The notes beneath the pieces are model-generated. The model had not been told where the DNA came from. It made no database searches and saw only the letters and a list, made by a program, of their open reading frames with translations. Shown one piece after another: positions 9,157 through 20,089 of a stretch of DNA of 64,000 nucleotides. This DNA comes from an uncultured Gammaproteobacteria bacterium. Its GTDB lineage: Bacteria; Patescibacteriota; Patescibacteriia; SG8-24. A program made the position numbers and the translations under genes. The number at the start of each line of letters is the position of its first letter. Position 1 is the stretch's first letter. The DNA lies in assembly GCA_964486995.1 (NCBI GenBank), contig CAZAOV010000003.1:686-64685 (forward strand), given 5' to 3'.

Positions 9157-9543
9157 ATGCGCCGTTTCCTAGTCGTAAATTTAGCGCTGCTTTTTTTGAT
9201 GGGCTGGGGTTTTACCAGTGAAATGATGCGCAACGGCTCAATGCAAGAAGAGATTGAGCAACTGGAATTGCAGGCTGAAGCCCTTGAGGGTCGTAACGTG
9301 GAGTTGCGCAATCTGGCACAAAAATATTCCGGTTCAGGCATGCTCGAACGCGAAGCGCGGCTCAAATTGAACCTAAAAAAACCGGGCGAAGAAGTGGTGG
9401 TCGTGCGTGACATAAATTCGCCAGCACTCACGACAGAAGGGGAGAGCCAGAATATATTTCGCGAACTAGCGACCGAAGAGGTCAAACCCCCCGATCAAAG
9501 CTCTAACATTAAGAAATGGATAAGTTATTTTTTTCCTTACTAA
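9157..9543 (+). CDS. Septum formation initiator (FtsB/DivIC-like)
   Basis: TM helix, coiled coil, and the LEREARLKLNLKKPGE motif. Confidence 0.8.
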   Translation: MRRFLVVNLALLFLMGWGFTSEMMRNGSMQEEIEQLELQAEALEGRNVELRNLAQKYSGSGMLEREARLKLNLKKPGEEVVVVRDINSPALTTEGESQNIFRELATEEVKPPDQSSNIKKWISYFFPY

Positions 9544-9561
9544 TTAGTTAACCCATATTTT

Positions 9562-10527
9562 ATGGAAGAAAAAGAGCCCAACAAAATTCCCCGCAAGAGA
9601 AAGACTGACGGCAAGAGCGTCATTAAGATGTTGCTTTTGGGTGTGGCAACCGGCGCAGTGGTAGTTCTGGTCGGTGTTGTTGCGTACTTCGGCTTCGGTA
9701 TTTATTGGCTTGAGTGGGAAGGGCCGATTACCCGAACGGCCGTGGATACGATTCCGTATCCGGTCGCCAAGGTTAACGACGTGACCATTAAATATTCTGA
9801 GTACTTGGATGATTACGATACGTTGCGGCGTTTCTTCGACAATCAAATTGCGGAAGGCGTGCCGGAAGATCAGATGCCGACAGATGATGAGATGCGCGAG
9901 AACGCCATGGAGCGGCTGATTTTTTCTGTCGTTCTGGAACAGGAGGCGGCCAAGCGCGGTATCACGGTCACGGACGAGGAGATTGACCAGGAATTTACCC
10001 AGCTGGAGATGCAGTCCGGTGGCAAAGAAGTAATGGAAGCCGAGCTGGAAACTTTGTATGGCTGGAAACCGGCCAAGTTCAAGGAAAAAGTTCTAGAACC
10101 GTATTTGCTGCAGCTTAAGTTAGCCGAGGCCCTGAACGAAGACATGGAACTCAATGCCGAAGCGCTCGAAAAGATCGAAACCATCAAAGCCCAGCTCGAG
10201 TCCGGCGCCGATTTCGAGGAGTTGGCCACTCAGTACAGTGACGACCCTTCGGTGCAGATGAATCGCGGCGATTTGGGTTGGTTTGAGCGCGGGGTGATGG
10301 TTCCGGCGTTCGAGGAGGCGGCTTTCGCGCTGGAGGTGGGCGAAATTAGCGAACCGGTGCTATCGGATTTCGGCTATCATCTGATTAGAGTTGACGACAC
10401 AGAAGAAGAGGACGGTGAGGTCGTTCGCGTGAGCGCCCATCACATTCTAATCAGTACGATGTCTGTCGAGGAATTCATCGAAGCCAAACTGCAAGAGGCG
10501 GACGTGACCAAATACATCAGCGACTAA
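9562..10527 (+). CDS. PrsA/SurA-like parvulin peptidyl-prolyl isomerase
   Basis: SurA N-domain; FEELATQYSDD..GDLGWF..MVPAFEEAAF..FGYHLI. Confidence 0.9.
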   Translation: MEEKEPNKIPRKRKTDGKSVIKMLLLGVATGAVVVLVGVVAYFGFGIYWLEWEGPITRTAVDTIPYPVAKVNDVTIKYSEYLDDYDTLRRFFDNQIAEGVPEDQMPTDDEMRENAMERLIFSVVLEQEAAKRGITVTDEEIDQEFTQLEMQSGGKEVMEAELETLYGWKPAKFKEKVLEPYLLQLKLAEALNEDMELNAEALEKIETIKAQLESGADFEELATQYSDDPSVQMNRGDLGWFERGVMVPAFEEAAFALEVGEISEPVLSDFGYHLIRVDDTEEEDGEVVRVSAHHILISTMSVEEFIEAKLQEADVTKYISD

Positions 10528-10544
10528 TCAGCAAACAAAATTTA

Positions 10545-10570
10545 AAAGCCCGGCCACGGTCGGGTTTTTT
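10545..10570 (+). terminator. Intrinsic terminator
   Basis: GCCCGGCC-AC-GGTCGGGT followed by a T-tract. Confidence 0.6.
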
Positions 10571-10709
10571 GGTTGCCGGGGTTATGGCTCTGGGACAGGC
10601 CAAGAGCCTTAACCCCTTTCGGGTGGTTAATTCGTGAGCATTCCACAACAAAAAAGCATAAATATATGTATAATGAGTGTGTGCGATATTGAGAGCGATA
10701 AAGCTAATT

Positions 10710-11858
10710 ATGAATATTTTCTACTTAATCACCCGAGCTGAGCAGGGCGGGGCGCAGACTAAAGTTTTGACGCTCGCCAAGGCTGGTTTGGCACGCGGCC
10801 ACCAGGTGCGGATCGGCACTGGCGAAGGCGGATGGCTAGTGGAGCAGGCCGCGGCGGCCGGGATTCCGACCGTGGTGTTCAAGAATCTCAAGCGCACTTG
10901 GAGTCCGCTGTCTATACGGCCTTTTTTGCGCGAGCTTAAGCAGGAAATAACCGAACGTCCAACTGACGTTCTGCATATGCACAGTTCGAATACGCTGTTC
11001 GCGGCGTATTTGCGTGGTTGTTTGGACGACTTTCGACCAAAAACCATGGCTACGGTTTGCGGTTTGAGCATCATGAATCCGGGCTGGACCGGTAATCCGA
11101 TCAAGAAAGCGCTTTTCAATTTGGTTTCCAAGAAGATGTGGGCGCGATGCGACCACGTTATTTTTGTCTGTCAGTGGGATCGCGATTTCGCGGTGTCGAA
11201 CGGTTATGCGTCCGAGCGTACTTCCAGCGTGGTCTATAATGGCCTGCCGGACGACGTAAGTTATTTTTTGCGTGAAGAGGCGCGTCGTCGGTTGGAAATT
11301 AAAACTGACTGTTCGGAATTTTTGGTCGGCACGGTCGCGCGGCTTGATTATCAGAAAGACGTGGACTTGTTTATCGACATGGCGAACGAACTGCGCGATG
11401 ACGGCATGAAGTTTCGCGTGGTGGGCGCGGGCGAGGATCTAGAGAAGCTGGAGAAAAAAATCAGCGACCTGAACCTGCGCGATATCGTAAGCATAAAAGC
11501 GCAAGCCAAAGACGCGCGCCGCTATATGACCGGTTTCGACGTGTTCGTGCTCACTTCGCGCTATGAGGGTTTTCCGTGGACACTGCTCGAAGCCGAACAG
11601 GCCTGCACGCCCATGGTCAGTATGGACGTGGCCGGCTGTCCGGAGGTGGTTATCGACGGCGAGACCGGTTGGCTGGTTCACGAACGCGACCCGAAAGTTC
11701 TAGCCCGTATGGTGCGCGAGGTACGAGACAATCCGGACCGCGCCGCTCAATATGCGGACAACGCCTATCATCGCGGGCGGCAAATGTTCACGCAAGAAGT
11801 GCTGGTGAACGGCAACTATTCTACCTACGCTAAATTACTCAAAGATGAGAGCGCGTAA
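10710..11858 (+). CDS. Glycosyltransferase family 4
   Basis: Motifs ITRAEQGGAQ, VARLDYQK, SRYEGFPWTLLEA. Confidence 0.9.
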   Translation: MNIFYLITRAEQGGAQTKVLTLAKAGLARGHQVRIGTGEGGWLVEQAAAAGIPTVVFKNLKRTWSPLSIRPFLRELKQEITERPTDVLHMHSSNTLFAAYLRGCLDDFRPKTMATVCGLSIMNPGWTGNPIKKALFNLVSKKMWARCDHVIFVCQWDRDFAVSNGYASERTSSVVYNGLPDDVSYFLREEARRRLEIKTDCSEFLVGTVARLDYQKDVDLFIDMANELRDDGMKFRVVGAGEDLEKLEKKISDLNLRDIVSIKAQAKDARRYMTGFDVFVLTSRYEGFPWTLLEAEQACTPMVSMDVAGCPEVVIDGETGWLVHERDPKVLARMVREVRDNPDRAAQYADNAYHRGRQMFTQEVLVNGNYSTYAKLLKDESA

Positions 11859-13203
11859 CTTGATTTTATTTTTCGGTGATGTCGTCGCGATGTATGCGGC
11901 CCTGATTTTTGCGCTGGTAATTCGTGGTCGCTGGGATGCGTTGGCCGAGGATGTGCTTACGCACGTGTCGTCGTTCACGGTTTTGTTCTTGGTTTGGCTG
12001 GTGATTCTATACATTAACGATTTTTATTCACGACGACGGTTGCGGGTGGACATGAATTTTGGTCGGTCGTTGTTTAATGCGACATTGGTCAATCTGGGCG
12101 TGGCGGTGATGTTCTTCTATCTGATTGGGCCGTCGCTCGGTATCGCGCCGAAGACCAATTTGTTTTTGGTGGTGGCGTTGTTTGTCGGGTTGTTCCTGCT
12201 TTGGCGCCGCGCCGCGTCGGGCATGATGGTGAGCGACCGCAGTCGAAAGTCGGTGCTGTTTTTGGAGCCGGATCATCTGGGCGAGACGCTCATCAACCAA
12301 ATGGCGACCGACACGGCAGTTCCGTATCGCGCCGAAGGCGTGGTGCGGGCGAGCGGTGACGCGTCCGGCGTGCCGCATACTGTTCCCGTGCATTCTGACG
12401 TACAAAAAACGCACCACATCGCCAACCAGCTCGGGGTGGAGACCGTGGTCATCGGCAACACCTCGTACACCGATTTGCACCGCCAGCTGTATCGTCTCAC
12501 GTTGAACGGTTCGACCGTGGTGGATGCGGCATCGTTTTGGGAGGAGATAAATCGAGAGATTCCGATTTTTGTTATCGATACGCCGTGGTTGGTAAACAAC
12601 TTCGGCGATATGCATAAGCGCGAGTTTGAAATTCTCAAAAGGTTCCGAGACCTGCTCGGTGCGCTTGCTATTGGCGGTGCGTTGTCGGGATTAATTGTCG
12701 TCGTAGCCGTTGCCGTGCGTTTAAGCAGTTCGGGTCCGGTGTTTTTCCGCCAGACTCGCGTGGGCAAGGACGGTCGGCATTTCACTTTGGTGAAGTTCCG
12801 CACCATGCGCGAAGACGCGGAAAAAGACGGGCCGCAGTGGTCGGTCAAAGACGATAACCGCGTGACATCAGTTGGTAAAATTTTGCGGCATACTCATCTG
12901 GACGAGATACCGCAACTTTGGAATATTATCTGCGGCGACATGTCGTTTATCGGTCCACGTCCGGAACGTCCGGTGTTTGTCGAACAGCTTGAAGAGCAGA
13001 TTCCATACTATTCGATTCGTCACTTGGTGCGCCCGGGCGTGTCCGGTTGGGCGCAGATTAATTATCGCTACGGTGCATCGGTGGAGGATTCGGCTCGAAA
13101 ACTGGCATATGACCTCTACTACATCAAACGCCGTAATCATTTGTTGGATATAAAAATTGGACTTAAGACCGCGGCCACGGTTTTCCGCGGTGAAGGCAGA
13201 TAA
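11845..13203 (+). CDS. Polyprenyl glycosylphosphotransferase (WbaP/WcaJ-type initiating sugar transferase)
   Basis: Four N-terminal TMs; KRFRD, KFRTM, LDEIPQLWNI..GDMSFIGPRPE, PGVSGWAQ, DLYYI. Confidence 0.92.
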   Translation: MRARNLILFFGDVVAMYAALIFALVIRGRWDALAEDVLTHVSSFTVLFLVWLVILYINDFYSRRRLRVDMNFGRSLFNATLVNLGVAVMFFYLIGPSLGIAPKTNLFLVVALFVGLFLLWRRAASGMMVSDRSRKSVLFLEPDHLGETLINQMATDTAVPYRAEGVVRASGDASGVPHTVPVHSDVQKTHHIANQLGVETVVIGNTSYTDLHRQLYRLTLNGSTVVDAASFWEEINREIPIFVIDTPWLVNNFGDMHKREFEILKRFRDLLGALAIGGALSGLIVVVAVAVRLSSSGPVFFRQTRVGKDGRHFTLVKFRTMREDAEKDGPQWSVKDDNRVTSVGKILRHTHLDEIPQLWNIICGDMSFIGPRPERPVFVEQLEEQIPYYSIRHLVRPGVSGWAQINYRYGASVEDSARKLAYDLYYIKRRNHLLDIKIGLKTAATVFRGEGR

Positions 13204-13208
13204 TAACT

Positions 13209-15494
13209 ATGGGAAAAAAACAGCGCAGAAAAAAACGCGCGTTAGTGCAGGCATCGTTCGAGCGCTATCCGTTTTTGTTTAAGCTGATTGGCTGGCTGGC
13301 GGTATTGTCGTTGGCCGTGCCGCTGCTGAAGCGACCGCATGCCTACTTAGCTTCGTACTACACGCAGTTTACGGTGATGCAGATTTTGATTGAAGTGATG
13401 TTTGCGTGCTGGCTGATACTGGCGATTAAAGACCGGCGCTTCCGCCCGGATTGGCGAAGTCCAGCGTTGTGGGGCTTGCTGGCGTTTATCGGCACCATGC
13501 TCTTGGCGCTGCCGTTTGCGGTTGACCCAGCATATTCTTTTTGGTCGCGGCCGACGCGCATGACCGGTGTGATTAACTACCTGCACTATGGAGCGTGGCT
13601 GTTTGTGCTGTTGGCGACCTTCAAAAAACCGGAGCAGTATCGCAAGCTGTTGATTGCAACGTCCATAGTATCCATCGTGATCGGGTTGATAGGTTTCGCG
13701 GATTGGTGGGTCAATCCGGGGAGTACGGTGCAGTCCTATTTGGGTAACCCGTCGTTTTTCGGCGTGTACATGCTGCTTCATGCCCTAATTGGCGTGTATC
13801 TGCTGGCCGGAACCAAGACTGTTAAGTCGCGAATATTACCGGTGGTCACGATTGTCGTTGCGGTGGTATCAGTGTTTCTGTCCGGAAGTCGCGGTGCGGT
13901 TCTGACGCTGTTCGCTTCTGTTGTGATTGGGGCAATTATCTATTTTTTGTATTCAAAGACCTATCGACCAGTCAAAATATCCGTAATAGTTGCGCTTTTG
14001 GTTTTGGCAATTTCCGCCGTTGCCGGATTCGCACTGCTGCGGTCGGACAGCATGCGCGGCTGGGTGGATGAGCATCTGTCCGGTCCCACGCATCGTCTGA
14101 TCACCCGCGATTTCGGCAGTGACCGTTGGGTGCTTTGGAACTACGGTTGGCGAGGCGTGCTGGAGCGACCGTTATTCGGTTGGGGTATGGAACAATACGA
14201 GGTGTCGTTCTATAAGCATTACGATCCGCTCACTGAGGATGTGGAAATAATGAACGAGCAGTATGCGGATCGCGCGCATAATCAATATCTTGACGTGCTG
14301 ATTGCTTCTGGATTCTTCGGTTTGGTCGGTTATCTGGCGTTCTTGTTGTTGTTATTGCATTCAGCCTGGACAGCAGTCAGGAAATCGGAAAACTCTATCG
14401 CGCTGTTAAAAAATTCCGCCCTGTCCGCAGCCGTGCTCGCTTACTGCGGTTACGGACTGATTATGTTTGATACGCCCATGGCAGTGATGGTGTCGTTTTT
14501 GGCCTATGGAGTAATCGCGGCTAATTATCGAAAGGTGTGCGGGCCTGCTGAGCCGGAAGCCGAGCTGATAATATCCAATAATTCTTTAGCGCTGGCCGCA
14601 CCAATTTTGGTCATGATGTTTGTGGTGGTGCTGTTGGTGAATGTCATGCCAGCCGTAAAAATTTGGCAGACAGAGGAGGCCGTGAAACTCACCGACACCA
14701 ATCGCACGGCCGCGCTAGAGCAGTATAAAATCGCAACCACCGGATACAATCCTTATGCGCTTGATTTGCGGTTGCGCCTGCTCACCAAAATAAAAAAATG
14801 GTCAGAGAACGTATCACTGCAATCGTCGCAGTTGCAAAAGTTGGTTGAATATACGGTGCCACTCATGGAAGACGCGGCGACAAAACGATCCTATAACATG
14901 CGTTTCCAGTTGGCGGCGGCCGCGATGTTTAGGATTTTTGGCGACTACAATCCGGCGGCCTACGCCATAGCCGAGGAATATGCGCAGACAGTTATACAGA
15001 CCGCACCCGGCAGGCCTGAGGCATATATCGAGCAGGGTGAAATCGATATTACGCAGAATGATGCTGATTCAGCGATTCTATACCTAATGAAGGCAATAGA
15101 GCGGGTGCCAATCAAAAACAGGCATGTCAGTCGGTATATCTATTTCCGACTCGCGAGCGCATATGCGCTAAAGTGTGACCATCAAGAATCAAAGAAGAAC
15201 TTTGATATTGCGGCTGAATACGGCCATCCGCATCATAAAGACACGCGGTTCTTGCTTGATTTGGATCGCGGCTGTCGGTCGGACCGGGATTTTTCCTGGG
15301 TCGCCGATCATGTCGATCAGTTGCTGGTGGTGTATCCCGACCATCCCCGAGTTCTGCCGGCCGCCGCGCGCATATATATGCTCTCCGAACAGCCAGACAA
15401 AGCCGTGGAGATGGTCGAAAGATTAGATAAGAGAGACCCAGGTTCTGCCAGACAGCTAGCCGAAGAACTCGAATTAATTAACGAGGAGGAATAA
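13209..15494 (+). CDS. O-antigen ligase (Wzy_C)/oligosaccharyltransferase-like protein with TPR C-terminus, paralog 1
   Basis: About 12-13 TMs; SGSRGA, ERPLFGWG, DRAHNQYLD; helical TPR-like tail. Confidence 0.8.
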   Translation: MGKKQRRKKRALVQASFERYPFLFKLIGWLAVLSLAVPLLKRPHAYLASYYTQFTVMQILIEVMFACWLILAIKDRRFRPDWRSPALWGLLAFIGTMLLALPFAVDPAYSFWSRPTRMTGVINYLHYGAWLFVLLATFKKPEQYRKLLIATSIVSIVIGLIGFADWWVNPGSTVQSYLGNPSFFGVYMLLHALIGVYLLAGTKTVKSRILPVVTIVVAVVSVFLSGSRGAVLTLFASVVIGAIIYFLYSKTYRPVKISVIVALLVLAISAVAGFALLRSDSMRGWVDEHLSGPTHRLITRDFGSDRWVLWNYGWRGVLERPLFGWGMEQYEVSFYKHYDPLTEDVEIMNEQYADRAHNQYLDVLIASGFFGLVGYLAFLLLLLHSAWTAVRKSENSIALLKNSALSAAVLAYCGYGLIMFDTPMAVMVSFLAYGVIAANYRKVCGPAEPEAELIISNNSLALAAPILVMMFVVVLLVNVMPAVKIWQTEEAVKLTDTNRTAALEQYKIATTGYNPYALDLRLRLLTKIKKWSENVSLQSSQLQKLVEYTVPLMEDAATKRSYNMRFQLAAAAMFRIFGDYNPAAYAIAEEYAQTVIQTAPGRPEAYIEQGEIDITQNDADSAILYLMKAIERVPIKNRHVSRYIYFRLASAYALKCDHQESKKNFDIAAEYGHPHHKDTRFLLDLDRGCRSDRDFSWVADHVDQLLVVYPDHPRVLPAAARIYMLSEQPDKAVEMVERLDKRDPGSARQLAEELELINEEE

Positions 15495-15495
15495 A

Positions 15496-17742
15496 GTGAC
15501 AGCGATGGGAAAGAAGAAACGCAACAAAAAAAACCTGGCTAATCAAGCTGCGACCAAGAAGAACGACGAGCAACCGTCAATGTTGCCGGCGCTGATATTC
15601 TTTTGCGGATTGCTGGCTTTGGTCGCTCCATTGCTGCCGTCTTCAGCGCCGTCCATACCGGTCACTCTGACACAGGCCTCAGTGTTTCAGGCATTGGTCG
15701 CTGTTATGGTCGCCGCGTGGATTCCGTTGGCGATTACTGATAGGCGCTATCGGCCGCATTGGGGACTGCTTACGTTCGCAGTGCTCGGCTACGGCGTCAT
15801 GATTTTGGTGTCGCTGGCGTTTAGTGCCGACGGAGATCTGTCGTTCTGGTCGCAGCTGTGGCGCATGACCGGTGTTTGGAACATGCTGCATTACGTGGCT
15901 TGGTTTGTTGTGTTGGCGTCGGTAATGAAGAGTCACAAGGATTGGCGGATATTTTTGGCGATAAGTTGCGCGTTTGCCTTATATGCCAGCCTGTACGGAT
16001 TAAAGCAATGGCTCGCCAGTCCGATGTCGGCTAGCGTGCGTTCAACGCTCGGCAATCAGTCATTACTGGCGGCGTACGTGTTACCGCATATTTTTATCGC
16101 TTGGTATTTGAATATCGCTAACCGTGCTTGGTCTAAGTATTTTTATTACACGGTGATGGTCGCATGTTCGGCCACGATAATTGTTTCTGCCAGTCGTGGG
16201 GCGGTGTTGGCCTGGGTGATTAGTGTCGCACTCGCCGTAGCGGCGCTCGTCGCTTTATCTAAGTGGCCGAGAAAGCGGCGGTTGGCGTTGGTCAGTCTGA
16301 TAATTACGTTACCGGTTCTGGCTATCGGTGCGGTACTGTTAATGCGCACGCCGGTTGCCAAAGAAGTGGTTACTTCGAACATAAGGGTACCGCGTTTTTT
16401 CAGTCGTGTGGTTTATCGCGATATCGGCGAGGACCGCAAGCTGCTTTGGTCTTACGCTTGGCGCGGATTCACGGAGCGACCCGTGTACGGATGGGGTAAC
16501 GAGATGTACGGCTATTTGTACGACTATTATTTTGACCATACCGGGGAAGATATCGTGATTTTCAATGAGCGCTGGCAAGACCGAGCGCATAATCAGTATC
16601 TGGATATTCTGGTTTCGTACGGTGTCATAGGAATGCTGTCGGTAATTCTGATTTGGTTCGCGGTCGGCAGGAAGCTGTGGCTGGCGTTTCGGGCGACCGA
16701 TGAGCGTACGGAAAAAAAGAGGTTGGCCATGCTGGCGGTATTTAGTGTTTGCTACCTGACTTATGTGCTGACCATTTTTGACACGCCGGCACAGTTAACC
16801 GTAGTTTTTGCGGTACTGGCCTTAATTGCGACTCTTTCTGTTGATGAGAAACATGATGAGCGGCTGACAAAAACAAACACCAGATTGCGTTTGGCAATTC
16901 TAGCTGTCTGCATTCCAATATCGCTGTATGTGATTTGGCTCAACATGGCGCCGGTGGTTCGGGCGGCAGCGGTGCATGAAGGGCTGATTGCCATTCGTTC
17001 AGATCGGCAGGACATGCGCGCGACTTTTTCCGGGGCGTTCAAGTGGCCCAACGCTTACGTTCACGGCATGCGGTACGCGGCCATATTTGAGGTGCAGAAG
17101 TATATGGAGCTTGCACAGTTGAATTCCGCAGATATGCACGATGGTCTTGAGTATCTAGTCGAGCAGGCGGTCGATTCGGCTGAAGATCGGCCGCTGACGT
17201 CAAGATACCTAATTGGTGCCAGTACAGCTCTGCGACTGCTGGCCATGCACGAGCCAGAGAAACTTGATGACGCCGAGATGTACGCGCAGAAAATTATCGA
17301 TTTGATGCCGAACCGGTTTGACGGTTATGCCGAAATGGCCGAGATCAATATTTTGCGAGGCGAATTCCAGGAGGCGATTGCACAGCTCAAGAAAGCCGAA
17401 GAACGCGTTTATGCCAGGCGCAGAGATTTACAATCCAGAATCTACATGCTGATGGCAACCGCGTACGCCGGATTGGGGCAGATTGATCGGGTGGTCGAAT
17501 GCACCCAAAAAGCCGGCGAGTTGGATCAGAACGCGTTCTTCGATTCTCGGTTGGCGATTATTCTGTCAAAGAATATTCAATTCGGTGACAACATCGTCGG
17601 CTTGGACGGATACCTAAACATATTGCAGAGCCGCTATTCGCAGGTTTCGCCGGTTATGCAGGCTGTGGCAAAGATTATTCAGGCTGGCTCCAGCACGTCA
17701 GTCGATGTTGGAACCACATCCTTAGATGAGTCAGCTAACTAA
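15496..17742 (+). CDS. O-antigen ligase-like/TPR protein, paralog 2
   Basis: SASRGA, ERPVYGWG, DRAHNQYLD. Alternative start ATG 15505. Confidence 0.8.
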   Translation: MTAMGKKKRNKKNLANQAATKKNDEQPSMLPALIFFCGLLALVAPLLPSSAPSIPVTLTQASVFQALVAVMVAAWIPLAITDRRYRPHWGLLTFAVLGYGVMILVSLAFSADGDLSFWSQLWRMTGVWNMLHYVAWFVVLASVMKSHKDWRIFLAISCAFALYASLYGLKQWLASPMSASVRSTLGNQSLLAAYVLPHIFIAWYLNIANRAWSKYFYYTVMVACSATIIVSASRGAVLAWVISVALAVAALVALSKWPRKRRLALVSLIITLPVLAIGAVLLMRTPVAKEVVTSNIRVPRFFSRVVYRDIGEDRKLLWSYAWRGFTERPVYGWGNEMYGYLYDYYFDHTGEDIVIFNERWQDRAHNQYLDILVSYGVIGMLSVILIWFAVGRKLWLAFRATDERTEKKRLAMLAVFSVCYLTYVLTIFDTPAQLTVVFAVLALIATLSVDEKHDERLTKTNTRLRLAILAVCIPISLYVIWLNMAPVVRAAAVHEGLIAIRSDRQDMRATFSGAFKWPNAYVHGMRYAAIFEVQKYMELAQLNSADMHDGLEYLVEQAVDSAEDRPLTSRYLIGASTALRLLAMHEPEKLDDAEMYAQKIIDLMPNRFDGYAEMAEINILRGEFQEAIAQLKKAEERVYARRRDLQSRIYMLMATAYAGLGQIDRVVECTQKAGELDQNAFFDSRLAIILSKNIQFGDNIVGLDGYLNILQSRYSQVSPVMQAVAKIIQAGSSTSVDVGTTSLDESAN

Positions 17743-17748
17743 ATAAAT

Positions 17749-20043
17749 ATGAGCAAGAAGAAACGACGACAAAAAGCAGTGTCGAATAAGCATTGGCTGT
17801 CGTGGCTGATTTACATTTGCGCATTGCTCGCTGTAGCCACGCCCCTGCTGTCGCCGTACTGGCCGCTGATTAATTACACCCAGATTAAAACTTTCACTTT
17901 TCAGGCACTGGTCGAGATAATGTTCGTGGCTTGGGTCGTCTTGGCGGTGGCGGACAAGCGCTATCGTCCACGCCGGAACGCCTTGTCAATAACGTTGCTG
18001 CTGTTTATGGGCGCGGTGCTCGCTTCCTTACCTTTCAGCATTGATTCATCGCTGTCGTTTTGGCATATCAGCAATCGCATGACCGGAGTGGTGACTTTGC
18101 TGCATATGGCAGCTTGGTTTTTTGTTCTAGCAAATTCGCTGCATCACCGTGACGAATGGATTAAGCTGTTTAAGATAAGCGGGCTGATTTGTTACGCCAT
18201 CTTAGCGGTTGATTTGGTGGTCTGGTCGGGCAATACGCAAACTTCGGCCATGAAAAAAATATTTGGCAACTCGTTCTACATGATTTCCTATGTCATGCCG
18301 CACGTGTTTCTTGGTCTATATCTGTGGCTACGAGAAAAAACCCATAAAAAATATTTTTGGCTTTCCTTGTCTGTGGTGGCGTCGGTGGCGATTGTATTGA
18401 CGGGAAGCCGTTCTGGAATTCTGGCGTTGATAATTTCGGTGTTCATAGCCGTGCTATGCCTGACGTTGATTTCAGACAAAAGCCGGGGGAAGCGAGCGCT
18501 GATAGTGGTCTTGAGTACGGTCCTTACGCTAGCCGCGGTCGGAGGTTTTTTTGGCTTGCGCACAGAAGCCGGTCGAAATTGGGTTGCTGAAGCCAGTTAT
18601 GTCCCAGGCGCATTTCATCGCATGGCTCACCGAGATTTTGGCGGCGATCGGCTGGCGTTATGGAATATGGCGCTCAAAGGTATAGCCGAACGACCGATTT
18701 TCGGTTGGGGCAATCTGCAGTTCCTGCACGTATCTTCGAAGTATCTGGATATCGACAGCAGTGCCCTAGAGGTACTGAACGAAAGCTGGCAGGACTCCTC
18801 GCACAATCAGTATTTGGATCATTTGATGCATTACGGTGTAGTTGGTTTTACGGCGTATTTGGCGATGTGGATTGGTGTGCTGGTGTTGTTGATCCGCACG
18901 TATCGTCGTGCGGAATCGCTGAACGACAAGCGCAGCTTGCTGTTGGTCGGGGTACTGTTCGTTAATTATCTTATATATACGGTGTTTATTTTTGATACAC
19001 CACAGATGCTGATGCTGATGTTTATGATGTTTGCTTGGCTGGTGTTTATGCGAACTGGGCAGCTCCAGACCGAAGATCAGGATATTCTGGTCGGTAATCC
19101 CTCGGTAACGCTGTTCATGGTTTTGTTGATACCCATGTTGATGTTCTGCTGGTTTGCTAACGGCCAGCATTACGTCGCACAAAAACATTGGATTGCCGGA
19201 GCCGCTGCGGTAAGCGGCGGCAACTGGACTAAAGCGGCGGATGAATTTGGTCAGGCATATGGAAATACATCCAATCCGTACATATACGAGCTGCGCACTT
19301 TTGCTATGGAGCCGACCAGGAATTCCGTCGATTATTATTTTTCTGGCGGTCAGGAGAACGAAGAGGGGATTGACCTGTATCTGAAGACAATGGCTGATGC
19401 CACGACCGCCAATGTGGATGATCATCCGACTAACCCCAAAGCACTCTTCTTGGCTGGGCAGACACATCGGTATTTATACAAAGTAGACGATGCCGCCTGG
19501 CAGCAATCATATGATTACGTTCAGCGGTATCTGGAGATGGCGCCTGATAGATTTGACGCACACCTGCAGATGGCCGAGCTGAATGCCTTACGCGGCAATT
19601 ATGAAGAGGCCCACAAATGGTTCGATTCCGCTTACGAGCGACATTTTCGACTTTCAAGGCAATACGGCGGATTCATTCTGTATCGAAAAGCCTGCATCTA
19701 CGCTCGTCAGCGAAATTTTTCCGCGTTGGCCGAGACTATCTCGAAAAGCGCCAAGGTTTTTCCTGGCCATAAAGATGCGCGCTTAATTCTGATAATGGGA
19801 GAGGTGGTGCAAGAAGGTGATAACTTGAGCGGTTTTGAACCGTTCCTTGATCTTGCCATGACTCATTTTCAGCATGATGTAGAAGTGTTGACCGCTGGTG
19901 CGCGGCTGTATCATGTGCTGGGTCATAACGACATGGTTAGTCAGGTTCTCGAAGTTCCGGCCATGGTGGAATGGGGCAATTCCGAGGAAGGACGGGGACA
20001 ATATGATGCCCTAAAGAGAGAATTGGGCTACATTGAGTGGTAA
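17749..20043 (+). CDS. O-antigen ligase-like/TPR protein, paralog 3
   Basis: TGSRSG, ERPIFGWG, DSSHNQYLD. Confidence 0.8.
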   Translation: MSKKKRRQKAVSNKHWLSWLIYICALLAVATPLLSPYWPLINYTQIKTFTFQALVEIMFVAWVVLAVADKRYRPRRNALSITLLLFMGAVLASLPFSIDSSLSFWHISNRMTGVVTLLHMAAWFFVLANSLHHRDEWIKLFKISGLICYAILAVDLVVWSGNTQTSAMKKIFGNSFYMISYVMPHVFLGLYLWLREKTHKKYFWLSLSVVASVAIVLTGSRSGILALIISVFIAVLCLTLISDKSRGKRALIVVLSTVLTLAAVGGFFGLRTEAGRNWVAEASYVPGAFHRMAHRDFGGDRLALWNMALKGIAERPIFGWGNLQFLHVSSKYLDIDSSALEVLNESWQDSSHNQYLDHLMHYGVVGFTAYLAMWIGVLVLLIRTYRRAESLNDKRSLLLVGVLFVNYLIYTVFIFDTPQMLMLMFMMFAWLVFMRTGQLQTEDQDILVGNPSVTLFMVLLIPMLMFCWFANGQHYVAQKHWIAGAAAVSGGNWTKAADEFGQAYGNTSNPYIYELRTFAMEPTRNSVDYYFSGGQENEEGIDLYLKTMADATTANVDDHPTNPKALFLAGQTHRYLYKVDDAAWQQSYDYVQRYLEMAPDRFDAHLQMAELNALRGNYEEAHKWFDSAYERHFRLSRQYGGFILYRKACIYARQRNFSALAETISKSAKVFPGHKDARLILIMGEVVQEGDNLSGFEPFLDLAMTHFQHDVEVLTAGARLYHVLGHNDMVSQVLEVPAMVEWGNSEEGRGQYDALKRELGYIEW

Positions 20044-20089
20044 GAATAACTTGTTGATGACATGCCGAAGTTATGCCGAAGCGTGTTAA